A stretch of 63,888 nucleotides of DNA, the filler included, from Phoronis australis (lineage: Eukaryota; Animalia; Phoronida): NCBI GenBank assembly GCA_002633005.1. It is 8 parts of 8 records of this genome, joined end to end, with 100 filler letters (N's around TTAATTAATTAA, not from the genome) between each part and the next. Parts side by side here need not be neighbours in the genome. Positions count along the whole stretch, not along the records: positions 23,919 to 46,124 come from NMRA01000994.1; positions 46,225 to 49,400 come from NMRA01003169.1; 6 more parts are not named here. One strand, given 5' to 3'. This document shows positions 35,410-48,873 of this stretch, piece by piece (the stretch's first letter is position 1; each line of letters opens with the position of its first letter). Below the pieces are notes generated by a model. It saw nothing but the letters and a program-made list of their open reading frames with translations. It was not told the DNA's origin and made no database searches. A program made the position numbers and the translations under genes.

Positions 35410-38400
35410 TTGAAGAGCAAATTAATCTAGGACGTCTTCTGTTACCTGAGCCTACTATCTTTGACGGTGATCCGTTAATATACCCAGGGTGAAAATACAC
35501 CTTTGAGTCGTTGATAATAGGTCCATTCCACAGAGCGAATTTATTACTTGGGAAAATGTCTGATCCGGCCAAAAAGGCAATTAACAGCTATTTCTTTTTT
35601 GTCACCGCACATAGCCTATGCTGAGGCTAAGAAGCTCTTAGAAGAACACTATGGCGACCCCTTTGTAATTGCAAATGCTTTCAGGGATTAATAAGATGCT
35701 TGGAATAAAATTCCTGCGCGACAGTTATGCTCACTGTGAGTTTTCTGAATCAGCCATGCATGCAGTAGGCAATCTAGATATATTAAATGAGTGTCATGAG
35801 AACAGAATCGTTGATGACTCAGGTGTGAAAGGGGTAGAAGCTTTCCACCTTTTCCCCAAGTTTCTCAATCAGATAACAGATTTTCAGAAAATCACCTTGC
35901 CCACTACTTGTCTTGTTTTTCAGGGGAATTGATTCCAACCGGTCTCATTCTCCGAGCCCCAAAATGGCTAAAAATTGGCCACACTCGAGCGTCATTGCTG
36001 AATGCCAACTTATGAATGCAACATTGGACTATTGATCAGATATAATTGCCCAAATGCGTTAATACCCAAAAGGATTACTGCCTCCCCTAACGATGGTGGT
36101 CCGTATGGCCAAGAGACCTCTTTGGGATGGGGCATTGTTGGTTTAGTTAACCCTAATCAATTAGATGACTCAGAAATTCACTGCGACCCGACTGGCACAA
36201 GCCATCGAGTACTTTCTTGTGATGCCCCGTTAATTCTTTCCTGAGCACAGGCGATTTTTGCAAACCCATTGACACTAGTAACAGTATTAAGACGAGCGTA
36301 AAGAAAATACCTACAGATGATATTATTAAAATGCTTGAGCTAGATTTTTGCGAGAGGTCTACCATTGATTCAGTCTCTCAAGAGGACTTAAGGTTTTTGA
36401 ATATCTTAGAACATGCTGATGACCAGAGGTCAGATGGACACTACGAAATGCCACTGCCATTTAAGATCACAGAACTTTCACTTCCTGATAACAGGCAATT
36501 GTCACTCCGACGTCTGAAATCACTGGAAAGACATCTAAAGTCTGATTCCAAGTATAAGCAACTGTACGTTGATTTTATAAATAACGTTTTTGATAAGGGA
36601 TTTGCAGAAAAGGTTCCGATTACTGAGCTTGAGCTAGAAATTTCCTGTTAACTACATATCCCATCATGTCAAAAAGTCTAATAAATTGAGAGTAGTTTTT
36701 GATTGCAGCGCCAAGTTTCGAAACATATCTCTCAATGATTATTTATTACCTGGACCTAATCTGACAAACATCTTAATTGGTGTTCTCTGCCGCTTCAGCC
36801 AAGACAGGGTAGTCCTTATATGCGACATTGAAGCAATGTTCCATCAGTTCCATGTAGACGAGAGACATAGAAACTTCCGTAGGTTTTTGTGGTGGGAATA
36901 TAGATTTTGATCCCTCTGGGTATCATAAGACAGTGCATATGTTCGGGGACACCTCTTCCCGAAGATGTGCGAATTTTGGGCTCAAATTTAATGCCACCAA
37001 ATACAAAAATGAATTTGGTCCCGAAGCGGCTAAATTTGTTCACAAAAATTTTTATTTGGACGAAGGACTATTATCAATGCCGACTGACCAGGAAGCTGTT
37101 ACTTTGATTGAAAACACCAAAGCACTGTGCACTAAAGGTGGATTAAGACTACACAAGTTTATGTCCAACTCTAAAGCAGTGATGGAGTCACTTGATCCTA
37201 ATGATCACTCATGTCAGCTAAATGATGTGAATCTCCTGCACAACAGCCTTCCGCTGGAAAGAGCACTCGGCGTGCATTGGTGTGTCGAATGGGACACTTT
37301 CCAATTTAGAATTACTCTGCAAGATAAGGCACTGTCCAGACGAGGTATTTTAGCCATTGTAGCTTCTGTGTATGACCCCTTAGGTTTACTTGCTCCTGTC
37401 ATTTTACGACGGAAACAGATCTTGCTGCAACTCTGCAGTGATCATGCAGACTGGGATTGTTCTCTTCCAGATGGTTTGAGGGTCCAGTGGGAACTATGGA
37501 AAAATAGTCTTCAAGAGTTAGAGAGTTTGAAAATCGAAAGGTGTTACAAACCACAGGCTTTTGGTGACATTTTGTGTCAGTACAATTACACGGCTTTTGT
37601 GATGCTTGTAATGTTAGCTATGGGGAATGTTCCTACCTCCGTCTGAAGAATTCCAAAGACGAAATTCACTGTGCTTTGGTTACGGCCAAAAGTAAAGTTC
37701 TACCTTTACGACCAGTTACAGTACCCAGACTTGAATTGACAGCGGCTGCATTAGCTGTTACAATCAGTTCTATTCTTAAGAACTAGAGTACGACAGCATC
37801 AAGTTTTTCTGGACAGATAGTCAGATTACACTTGGTTACATCCAGAACGACGCCAAGCAGTTCAAAGTATTTGCTGTCAATCGTGTCCAGCAAATACAGG
37901 AACACAGTGATCCCTTTCAGTGGAGACACGTTAGCTCAGCCAAAAGCCCTGCCGGTTTGGCCACAAGGGTATCAATCCCTGCAGTTTTGTTGGTCGTTCT
38001 GAATGCTTTTCAGGCCCTAGGTTTTTATGGAATGGCTTTCTCTCGCATGATTCTGACATTTCACAAGTGCATCTCTCTGACGACGACCCTGAAGTTAAAT
38101 GAGTGAAATCATTAGCAACTCAGGACGCACAGTTCCCGCAGTTTCTTGAGTCTAATCAATTTGAAGGGTTTTCTGATTGGTTGAGAGCCCCAAGATCTAT
38201 TGCAAATTGTATGAAGCTCAAGTATAAATTGAGAAATCGATCGAGTAATGCTAATGCTGATGTGTCTATTACAGTGCAAGATCATTAAACGGCTGACGTT
38301 GAAATTATCAAATCGGTCCAAAGAAATGCTTTTGAAGCAGATATTTCTACTCGTTTAAGTTCTACTCACCGAGTGCTAAAGAGATCTAGCCCACTACTTC

Positions 38401-39690
38401 CGTTAGACCCCTTTTTAGATGCAGGTGACGTTCTGTGCATAGGTGGCCGAATTAACTGTGCTAAGATGTCACGTGAGTTCAAGTACCCTGTGATTTTGCC
38501 CCGTAAGCATCATGTTACCCAATTGCTTATTCATGAACAAGTTCAGCACCAGGGTCGTGGTTTAACTTCTTATCAAATACGTTCCAATAGCTATTGGATT
38601 ATTGGCTGTAGTGCTGTTGTTTCACACTTTATAGAGAACTGCGTTACTTGCAGAAAGCTCAGATCTACCACTTAGCGTGCAGAAAATGACTGATTTGCCC
38701 GAGGACAGATGAGAGCCCTCGTCACCTTTTACATACTGTGCAGTTCATTATTTTGGTCCGTGGTATGTTAAGAGTGGTCGTAAGTGATGTTGGCATGTGT
38801 TTTTGTATGTATATCGTCGAAAGCTATCCATATTGAGCTGTGCAATGATCTTACTACTGATTGCTTCATCAATGCATTTCGTCGTTTAGAGGCGTTTAGA
38901 GGCCCAGTTTGACTTTTGCGTTTCGACCAAGGAACCAAGTTTGTTGGCGCTCTAAATGAGCTTAAGACTGCGATGAACGGATGTGATATTGATCAGATGA
39001 AGCACTTTCTATTGAAGAAGGGTTGCGACGACATTGTTTTTCAGATGAATGTACCTCATGCCAGCCACATGGGCGGCATCTGCGAAACAGATTTGTACCA
39101 TTAGAAGTGTACTGTCTTCCATGTTAGATCAAAGCAGCACTCATTAGAGAACTTTGATGTATGAAGTGACTTCGATTGTCAACAGTCGACCTCTGTCGGT
39201 TGATAATCTTAATGACCCATTGTCCTCAGAGCCTCTCACTCCAAACCATCTCTTGACAATGAAATATTAAGTTTTGATGTTGCCCCCTGGCGCATTTAAG
39301 TCGGCTGATATGCACTCCAGAAAGATGTAGAGACAAGTGCAACATTTAACAGATGTGTTTTGGTCTCGATGGAAATCAGAGCATTTGCTGAGTCTCAAAA
39401 AGAGACAAAAATGGACCAAACCAATGACTAATGTTAAGATTGGTGATATTGTTATAGTTAAAGATGATAACTTGCATAGAAGTGAGTGGAGATTGGCCAG
39501 AGTTTGTGATGTTAATCTTAGCAAGGATGGTTTAGTTCGCTCTGCTAGACTGACTGCTAGTGATCCTCGATTGGATGCCATTAAGGGCAGGCGTACTAAT
39601 GGCATTAAGTTGATTGAGCGTCCAGTGCATAAGTTTATTATTTTGCTCAAGAATTGTGACCGATTCATTGGCAGAATAGAGGTATAGTTA
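35410..39690 (+). mobile_element. Degenerate BEL/Pao LTR retrotransposon (gag-pol pseudogene)
   Basis: Pao-type motifs across many stops and frameshifts: GHYEMPLPF, RVVFDCSAK..SLNDYLLPGPNL, CDIEAMFHQ, NFYLDEGL, RALGVHW, SVYDPLGLLAP, TVPRLELTAA, FWTDS, LDPFLD, PVILP, DQGTKFVGA, FWSRWKSE, GLVRSA, ERPVHK. LTRs were not identified. Confidence 0.92.
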
Positions 39691-40249
39691 ATTTATCGCA
39701 CATGTAGGTTGTGATATACCATATCAATTTCTCATACCGGTCAGCTTGGTAAGAAAGCGCCCGCGACTAACCCCTTGTTACTGCCGGTCGCTCATGAATA
39801 GAGCTTCCTCACAATAGTTTCAATAGAGCTAGTGTGAGTCAGCCACCACACCAGCTGGGGATTACCAGATTGCTGAACGATAAACCAGTGCTTGCAAAAA
39901 ACGGCATTGTCATACTCACAAATTTACCCCTTTATTCTTAATTTCATGTATACCATTAATATTGTCGATCAAAAACATCTCTGTTCGTGTTCGAACAGTG
40001 ACATTTGATGCACAACTTCCCGATTCATGAAAATATTGCACACACGAGAAGCCGTAAATTAATCCGCATGTGATGCGGTTTCATTCAGTTGACAAAATGG
40101 TTGGTTAAAGCTCAAGAAACCTGAATGTTTTATTCTGAAGATACCTAAAACTTGATTTGTTACTTTTTGTACAGCAGGGCTAAGAAACAGTTACTTATTT
40201 CGCATTTGATGTAATTGAATGAGAACTATTTCTTGCCCACTCACAACCG

Positions 40250-40690
40250 ACTGTAGTGCGCAGACGACAAGTGACCATGCAGCGCTCCACTTGGATTGCT
40301 ACCAATTCTCAAATGGCAACAGTGCAGAAGTGTGCGCATGCAAGCTTCACGTGTTGGAGAGATTAACTAGATGTTTGATGAAATAAATGTTTGAAAAACT
40401 AATTCAGGTGTTCTTTGTGTTTGGTGATGTTTATGCTCGATACTCCTAGACTCAATGAGTTGCCAGTATACAGTAAGGTTTAGAGCGGCTGTCTTATCTC
40501 GAACACCCAGTGCCGCTAACTTGCTGTTGGGTGAAACACGCTACGCAATGAAGGGGGGTGAGTCTAGTGAACCCATACAGTGGGAGTCCAAGGAAAAATA
40601 GTTTGAACAGTCACATATCTGCATCGGTAAAACAAATTTCTAGACAAAGCGCCAACTACTCAGGTAATCAGCTCCCATGGTTTGCTGTAC
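40250..40690 (+). repeat. Interspersed repeat, second copy at ~43135-43720
   Basis: Shared CTGTAGTGCGCA.ACGAC.AGTGAC, GAAGTG.GCGC.TGC.AGCTTCAC.TGTTG, TTTGAAAAACTAATTCAG and TGAGTCTAGTGA. Confidence 0.7.
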
Positions 40691-42197
40691 ACCTTATTCA
40701 CGCAGTCTCCATTTTAAAAATGAGCCTCTTTTTAGGTTTTAAAAACAAAGCATTCTGTGCTTAATAACAGCCCAAAGCGTGATTTTTTTCGCGTGCCTCG
40801 TTATATTTATGTCTCATAATGTCCTATATCAGTCATAGAAAGATGAGAGTGAAAATTGGCTCCACAGTCAGAGACTGGTTAAACATCGCTAAGGGTGGCT
40901 TCATTGTAAATACGAGCAGAGACTTTGGTCATGTTGTATCGTAACATGCGACCTGGAATTTCTCACGTAAGCGAGCCCAGTATTTGGCCTGGCAAACATA
41001 TCATGTGAATCCGGCCGTTAATTGGTTGTTGCCAAATTAAGATGAACACTAACAGAGAACGGCCCTCTTCATTGAGTTGTAAACATGTCACGGGATAATT
41101 CAGAAACGATCTTTGATGCATTTTGTTGACTAGTGTTTTCGACTACTTTTGCAAGTTTTTGAATACCCCGAAGAAAATTTCGGACCACGGCATAGCTATG
41201 TGATAAAACATCACAGCGACGTTTCATTCTTTAACAATCAACTTACCCACTTTTTGATGAAAACAAACATTTATTTTTCATGTAAGATGTCCTGATTATT
41301 CTATTACAATATCCCCGACAATATCGCACTGCGGCACTCAGGTCCCGCTGTTTGAGCGCATTGTCCCGGCAGATGAAAGCGACTTGGAAATGAGTCTTGT
41401 TTTTGATGGTGTGACAGCAGACAAGTTCTCAAGCCTTTTTGGAACTGAGCACACACGTAAGTCCGAGTTGCCCATCATTCACATATGTTGCTGCCAATGT
41501 AACATGCACTCAAGTGTGGGAACTTACGCGTACACCATTCCAAAGACGCACATCAAAAGAAAACAGCCACAGTCCTAACGAAAAGAGTATACCGGCTCAA
41601 CTCTGCACATCTGTGAGTCTCAAGACATCATTAAGGTAACATTTACTGATATTTGCCGTTTTGCTTGAAATTTGCCTTTAATGCATTCTACTTTGCGAAT
41701 TATGAGTCCGTGAACAGTAACTCAATATTTTGCGTCTTCCAGTTCTACGGACGAACGGGCGGACAAACATACATGTCAATTGTAATGCGTTGCGAAATAA
41801 AGCTTCAAGACGTCCCATGCAACTTGTTGTTTGACTCGCATGCAGCTACATGCCATGTTTATTTTCTACCTCAAAAAAACTCTAAAACTATTCATACACA
41901 CGCACGCATTCACACACATCAGGCAGGTGTACTAATAAGTTATACATGATTGGGATATTACGCTAAACAGTTGCCGCAGCAATTTAAAAAGATAAAATCT
42001 CACTGAAACCCATAGTTTTGGTGAAGATTAGGAAATATAATTTCATCTAAATTTATTGTCGATGATAAGAAATCTATACCAATATTCTTTATTTGGAAGC
42101 TACATTTTAACACAAAATTAATTCACCAATCCCAGCTGTTCACATCTATATGCCAAAAGGAAGCTTATCTGCAACATAAAGCTCAAGTGAGTCCTAC

Positions 42198-42351
42198 CTG
42201 AACTTGGCCGGGCTTGTTCCCCAGATGTGGTGATCTCACTTGGTGTAGGTGAAATGGCCAACATGGGAGCACAAGGGTGCTCAGACAGTTTGCGCATGGT
42301 GTTGAGTGGTAGTGAAGCACTACGTGTGTGAGATGGCCTGTTTCTCCTCAG
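42198..42351 (-). CDS. RUBCN: Rubicon-like gene, exon following the RUN domain
   Basis: ATTTTAG acceptor and CAG|GTAGG donor enclose 154 nt open in phase 0, matching the upstream exon: LRRNRPSHTRSASLPLNTMRKLSEHP...RPSS. Confidence 0.6.
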
Positions 42352-44172
42352 CTAAAATGTATGTACTCTTAATAAAAGCATTGAGTCAAGAAGTAAGACA
42401 ATATCAGAGTCATGGCGAAACTAATGGGACTACATACTGTGTCCCCGTCATGGAGAGAAATAAATGGTCATGACACATTGTGACAACTCACTCTAGCTAC
42501 TCTGTCATAATGTGGAATTCCACGTCATTTTATCGGATTATTTTTAGTGTGAACTCCCAGGCGACATCCCTACAAGGAGGGTGATAGGAACATGTAGCGT
42601 GACAAGTCTCCCTCTTGTATCGTCTCTGGCAATTATTCTGTGGAGCTGACCTGATTTTGAGTCAAAGAGTGCCCATATCGTATGGCACTCGGTACTGGGC
42701 TGGAGGTTTCAGCTCTCGGGAGATTTTTGAAATACCTGCTCTAATGAGGTTTATATACTGTAAACGTTCGGGTTAACACCCTAGGCGGTTAAATTGGCAA
42801 ACCCAAAAATTTGGGTGTGGGTGGTTAACCAGACATGGGCGCTAAAACATGAAATTTCCAGATATCGTGGATGGGCGGTTAACTGAACATGTGCACTTAT
42901 TATGACAGACAAACACCTGAGGCGGTTAATCTTACCTCATGATCAGAGTCTCACACAACACACGTACTCGGAACGCATAGAACTTTTCAAAGAGCTTTAT
43001 CGTCAAGTCGCCAAATGGCGCTAAAAATGTCATAACAGCAGATGATCTCAACAAATGTTTTGGTGCCCTCAGATTAGTCATTCACCATTAAATTTACAAA
43101 CTTGGTGGATAATAGCCCCTGCCATCATATTAGAGCTGTAGTGCGCAAACGACCAGTGACAATAACTTGGATTTCAACTATTCTCACGTAATAACACTTT
43201 AGAAGTGCGCGCGTGCGAGCTTCACATGTTGCAGATGTAACAACAAACATAAAATTTACGGTGCTAGCTGTCAAGTTCCGAGTCAAAGACCTGTGTTAAA
43301 ATTAGATATAATAAAAGTTTGAAAAACTAATTCAGATGTTTTTTTGTGTTTGGGATGTTTATGTTTGAGACTACATGACTCAATGAAATTTTCAACGTAT
43401 GGTTCTGCGGCTAGCTGTTTTATCGCAACCACCCGATGTTGCTCACTTCCAGTTGCGTGAAACATGCCACGCAAAGAAGACGAGAATCGGGGGTAAGTAG
43501 ACATGACACGGTCGTCAATCAAAAGTTACCGCAAAGGCATTACTCAAAAACAAGCATTTGTTTAAGATTTTATTTTAAAAAATACTAACACTAAGACTGG
43601 GATGAGTCTAGTGAGCGCATCCAAGGAAAAAATTACAAGTTCGTACATGTATCTGCGTCGGTAAACAATAATTCGTAGATGAAGCCCCAATTATTCAAGT
43701 AATTGGCACCCGTGGTTTGCGCGGCTATACGACAAATTAGTGAAGAGCTCCAACCAGCAACGCCTCCTTACCAAGTCAGTGTTGTTGCAATCGGGACTCC
43801 GTGCTCGGCATAATGAACTGCAGGTCGCATTGGCGACCTGAATTTTGGAAATGCAAGCCGAGATTATGGTCGTCTTGTATCTAATCGCAACATGCCACCG
43901 TGAAACTGCAGCATACGCGAGTCAATTTTTTGGCGTAAAATAAATACCTGGCAAGCATAAAGCAACTCGATGCTCCATGCCCGCAGCTAGCTGCGTGCAC
44001 CTCATTACCACTGACGTCAATTTTCAGTCAGTCTACGTCGAAGATATCTCAGACTCGAATAGTGAGAATTTTGTTCAGGCTGAAACTGCCCAATGTAGAA
44101 ACAAAAATGTTCGGGAAGCTAAAAAGGCTAGCAAGTAACAGCATATGTTCACGAAAACAACAACGGTTTTAA

Positions 44173-44220
44173 AACTTGACATGTTTCGGTGTCATTTATT
44201 AAACACCATCCTCAGAAGTC
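44173..44220 (-). ncRNA. Minimal type I hammerhead ribozyme
   Basis: Minus strand reads GACUU CUGAGGA U GGUGU-loop-ACACC GAAAC AU GUC^AAGUU: conserved core, stem I, 5-bp stem II, palindromic ACAUGU stem III and a GUC cleavage triplet. It lies downstream of a Penelope ORF. Confidence 0.85.
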
Positions 44221-44300
44221 ATAATACAGTGGCCACCTAGCTAGGCCCAGCAACAAGTAATGAAGCACAGAAACAGTCAGTTACAGGGAGTGACAATGAA

Positions 44301-44590
44301 CTAGACCAACAATGACAACCTGTGGTGTGTCAGTTGCCTATTGAGATTGGGCTTGCACCAACTGATATGTAAAGCCTCACGAATTTTAAGCTCCTTTGTT
44401 GTTACTGCCTGGTCTATTATTGCAAAGTCATTGAAAGAGCACTGCTGATAACAGTGATTGGAGCTCTGCAGGTGAATATTTACATGTGAATTACTGTCAG
44501 AATTTAAATGTTCCTTGGTCCTGGTTTTCAAATGGCAAACAGTTTTGCCTTTATAACTGGAGCCACATCCAGCACAGCTAAATTATCTGA
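44301..44590 (-). mobile_element. Penelope-like element 3' fragment (GIY-YIG endonuclease)
   Basis: FSCAGCGSSYKGKTVCHLKTRTKEH...FAIIDQA...LKIREALHISWCKPNLNRQ. Confidence 0.85.
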
Positions 44591-45451
44591 TACCCCGACA
44601 GTTACACTCATCAAAATAGGGAGAATTTGACGTTTGAGTGAGTTATGGAGATTCTTCAAAATATTAGAGCTTCCCACCTTAAGCGAATTGGAAGGGTTGG
44701 CAAAACTACTGTCCCATTTCTCTGGCCTGATTTTTTCGAATATATGTTTTATTTAGTGCACTGTAGACAGAAACTCAGTGCGGCAGACTGCGTCGCAAAA
44801 AGCAGAAGTATGGAAGCCGGCGGTATTCTTAAACTTTGTGAACATGGGACAAAAACGTTCAAGTATCATATTTTATAGTAAATCCATGACCTGAGACAAC
44901 AATTCATTACTTGAATTATAATTCACATTGCCAAACCACCGGCTCGGAGGCCGTCATTGCACTCTTTGTGATCATCGATCTAAAATCGGGGAATCGCGCG
45001 TTTCCTTAGCACTGGGCGATAAATTTTCAATCTTTAAAAGTCGGGGATGGGCGTTTAATCGAGATGTGGGCGCTTAACTGGAAATCTTCAAAAATCCTAG
45101 AGGGGCGCTTAACCGAGCAGTGGGTGCTTAACTGGAAATCCACCAAAAGTTGGGGATGGGTGGTTAAGTGAACATGGGCATTAACCCGAACGTTTACGGT
45201 AAGTTAATACCAAATGAATGTATCCTATGGTAAACTATAACCTTACTGAAGGTTTTCAAGACATTTTGACCACACAATGGTTGTTTAGATGAAGAATGTG
45301 TCTTAACCTAGATGTCATTAAAGTCAATGAGTAACTCTTTTCTTGATTTTTTTGATACGTCCCTTTTACAATGGAGCGAGTTAATATTTTCAAAGGCATC
45401 TTCCTTAATAACCAAACGAAGTTCACATCTATGAGAGCATGCACAACTCAC

Positions 45452-45558
45452 CAGCTTTGGGCTGATCTCAGCAAGGAGGGCGGGCCGATTCTGTTCAACA
45501 GCCTCCAGACATATGAACATAGCCTGGAAGTACTCTTTGTTGCACAAGAAGGCATCAG
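45452..45558 (-). CDS. RUBCN: Rubicon-like gene, exon encoding the end of the RUN domain
   Basis: [35 protein letters not shown] closely resembles Rubicon [21 protein letters not shown] (recalled sequence). CTGTTTCAG acceptor and CTG|GTGAGT donor. Confidence 0.75.
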
Positions 45559-45864
45559 CTGAAACAGACCAAGATCACTGGAGACAATTGACACATCCTC
45601 AATGTTGAATAATTCTCACCATCTGGGTTAATAAAAAATTAATCCTCTTTCTGTTACCTGATTAATATATTCGCTTACATGGGCTACGAGTGCTCATGAC
45701 AAACTGGTAGACCTGTTAGACCACCAATGTCACTTAGCCAATTTTGAACACAAATTGCCCCTTCCTATACTTCCAGCCCTCTTGTCCCAGACCTGTTTGT
45801 CCTCTTCATATCTCCATTAATACTTTCAGTTCTCCTAGATCCTTGCAACCCTGTATCCCTAACC

Positions 45865-46124
45865 CCGTGCCATCCGATCCCTTACCCCATGCCATCCGGT
45901 CCCTGATCCCATGTCTTCCGGTCCCTGACCCTATGCCATCTGGTCCTTGACCCCATGCCATCTGGTCCGTGGCCCCATGCCATTCAGTCCATGGCCCCAT
46001 GCCATCCGATCCCTAAACACATGCCATCCGATCCCTAACTCCATGCCATCCGATCCCTAACTCCATGTCATCCGATCCCTAACTCCATGCCATCCGATCC
46101 CTAACTCCATGCCTTACGATCCCT
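45865..46124. repeat. ~22-bp minisatellite
   Basis: CCATGCCATCCGATCCCTAACT and variants, running to the contig end. Confidence 0.9.
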
Positions 46125-48702
46125 NNNNNNNNNNNNNNNNNNNNNNNNNNNNNNNNNNNNNNNNNNNNTTAATTAATTAANNNNNNNNNNNNNNNNNNNN
46201 NNNNNNNNNNNNNNNNNNNNNNNNAGAAAGTAGATGCCCAGGGCTACTAGGGCATCGCTACATCTGTGGTCCAAATACCATGTTTCTCCAGATGCCACTG
46301 AAGGGCCAAGGGCTAATAACTTTTCAACCTAGAAAACAAATCAATGCAATCATACCTAGAGCTAGGAAAAGCCGACTGCAATTTAAATTACCAATCACCG
46401 GTTTGATTCTCATTATTTCTCAAAATCTGGGACTGTAACATCCGTACCTCATCAATCACCTGATGTTGCAATCAATCACCTGGGGATTTTCGACCACATG
46501 AGTTTGATGGGAGTTGTTAATGCAGGAGCATTAGTCTTTTGTTTAGGATTTTAATGTCCACTAGAGGCGTTGTATGTACACCTTAGGGTGTTTCCAGAAT
46601 GCATTGTAATTGCTGTCTACCCCCGCTCCTAGATAATTGTTTATTGGCTAAATAGATGCTACCATTGTAATATAACCAATCACAGTGCAGTTTTGATGGT
46701 TTTTAGCTTCAGCAATCATTTACAGCGCTCATTTCGAATATTGGTTTCAACATGTTGTGATGCATTGTAGAGAGATTATTAGCTTGGTCACTCCAGTAAG
46801 TACATGTAATTCTGTTAAGGCTTTACGTTTAGTCTATTCATGTAGGTCTGCTGGATATTGTATGCCTAGTGTTTAATTGTTGAACTGTAACGGCTGCTTT
46901 GTTGTGGTTTTGTCTTATGCGGGTTCAAGTCCCGTGTACTAGCTGTATTGACTATTGGATAGGCCTAACGTTTTGAGAACATTGTTTGGTTCCATTGTTT
47001 GACTAACTGTATTTATCGTTTGTAGATAACCGTCTCTTCAAGAATAAATCATTTTAAACGAAGCTGACGCGTTATTCTATTGCCCACACTAATAGGAGTC
47101 ATTAACATTCAAAATCCAGACCAATGTAAAACTAAAGAAATCTGGTGTATCAGCAGTGTGGTGTGTTAACGATAAAGCTCACTCCTGAGGTTATGGAAGT
47201 CGACCTCGATGCATGATTAAAAAATTTACATGCTCTAGCATGTACCTTACTAGCACTTGGTAGAGACTTGCCTCTCCAAACAGCTTGCCCATAGGCTATT
47301 GCTTATTTGCCAGTCAGTTTGGATGCTTGACTTAAACGCTAAAGAACCCCGGTTCAAGTCATGGCACTGGTAGATTTTCTGACTTGCAAAACCCAGATAC
47401 GGAAATCGGAAATGGTTATTCGGCTTTGCTTTTGATGACCAACAAGGCTTGATGCTTTGCATAATGCCAATTCATCAAATGCAACCTGGTAAAATGCCAA
47501 GGAAACTGATGTCACCAAACAGGAATTAAAGTCACCAAACCCTGTTGGCAGCAGCAGAAATTGAAATTGACGAGACAACCGAAGTAAAAACCTGGCGAAT
47601 TTGTGTGTAAGTGCACCAGAAATCATCCGGTTGGTGTTTTTATTCCGCTCGAGCGCATTTATGAAGAGTATCCCACATACTGGGCTTGCATCTAGGCGAA
47701 CTCGATCTCTGCTGAACTATACTGTAGTAGTTGCCGAGATTATCCGACCCCAGAATTGAAGCAGTGACCCCAATAAAAATGGCAAGCGTGCAAACCCTTC
47801 AGTTACTGCTAATAGGCAGTACCACTTATAGTGAGTGGCTAAGGTTCATATCACTCATTGGAAGCACATCTACAACAATTCCAACTTCCGTCCATGTAAT
47901 ATTTTGAATGTATGCTCGGATGTGGTATGGTGACTTCGTGGTGACCTGAGCTTTTAACCAGGTGGCCAAACAAAATCTGGCTGAGGTTGCATTGCCTGTA
48001 GCATGTGTAGCCCGCCCCTACTGCCTACCCTACATCTGTCAATGTCATCCTTTTTCATCTAAAAATATGACATGTCAGCATGTGGAGACACTCAGACCAG
48101 ACTTAAGTAAGATAATACACGGTAGTGTTGGCTTACAAAGTAAATGGGATTCATCCAGGCCCCTCAGGGATTATTCAGTGACTGCCTGGTTTCCAAGCAA
48201 GACTGAAACCGGCAGAAGTCTCAAAGTCAAACATGTTAAAGTGGGACCGCTGCTATAGTGCCAATGAAACAGCTTCTCCTAATCACAAATGGGTCGCTCT
48301 ATATCATGAAAGTGCTCACAAAAGATTCAAGATATCTCATTTTACCTTTGCCCATGGCGTCGGATCAATCTGAGAGAGCGAGCGCGCTAACTGAAGCAAC
48401 GAATTTCTGTAAAATTCACTTCCCATCGTTCATCTTCCACTGCAGACTGCCCCTTATGAAAATAAAAAGAATATTTCGTTTCATAATAAACTGCAGAACT
48501 AGCAGAAATAATTAATACACCATGATTAGAACATTTTTTTGAATTCAAAATAATATGATAAACAAGTTTCACTTAAATTTTGTTTTTTGAAATTAGAAAT
48601 TTTAATTCGGAATTTCTTTTAAAAAGTGCTACAGCGCCACCTGCCATCAGAATATTAGTTTGTGATATTGCCGCCAGGCGCCAGGTCCCGCACACGACAA
48701 AT

Positions 48703-48873
48703 ATGGCAGCTTTTGAGTTGTTGTCGGAACAGGGGTTTCGAATTGATGGAAGGAAACAACATGAATTACGCCGGATGCAATGTAAACTTGGCGTTTTTAG
48801 TCAGGCTGACGGGTCAGCTTACATTGAGCAGGGAAATACAAAAGTTCTGGCAGCCGTGTATGGACCACATGAG
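48703..48873 (+). CDS. EXOSC4: Exosome component RRP41, first coding exon
   Basis: MAAFELLSEQGFRIDGRKQHELRRMQCKLGVFSQADGSAYIEQGNTKVLAAVYGPHE (RNase PH family), good Kozak context AATATGG, donor GAG|GTACTT. Confidence 0.95.

Larger units (their letters stand above)
42758..45199. mobile_element. Non-autonomous Tc1/mariner-type TIR element flanked by TA, with nested repeats
   Basis: TA|CTGTAAACGTTCGGGTTAA ... TTAACCCGAACGTTTACGG|TA (19-bp TIR, 1 mismatch), with subterminal GGGCG(G/C)TTAAC repeats at both ends. Confidence 0.8.

Noticed and set aside
46434-47107. Possible solo LTR (TGTAAC...TTAACA, AATAAA)
   Set aside because: No matching TSD and no second copy in the window to define the ends.
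47300-47375. tRNA or SINE head with a B-box-like GGTTCAAGTC
   Set aside because: Too degenerate to fold as a tRNA; at most an old SINE fragment.
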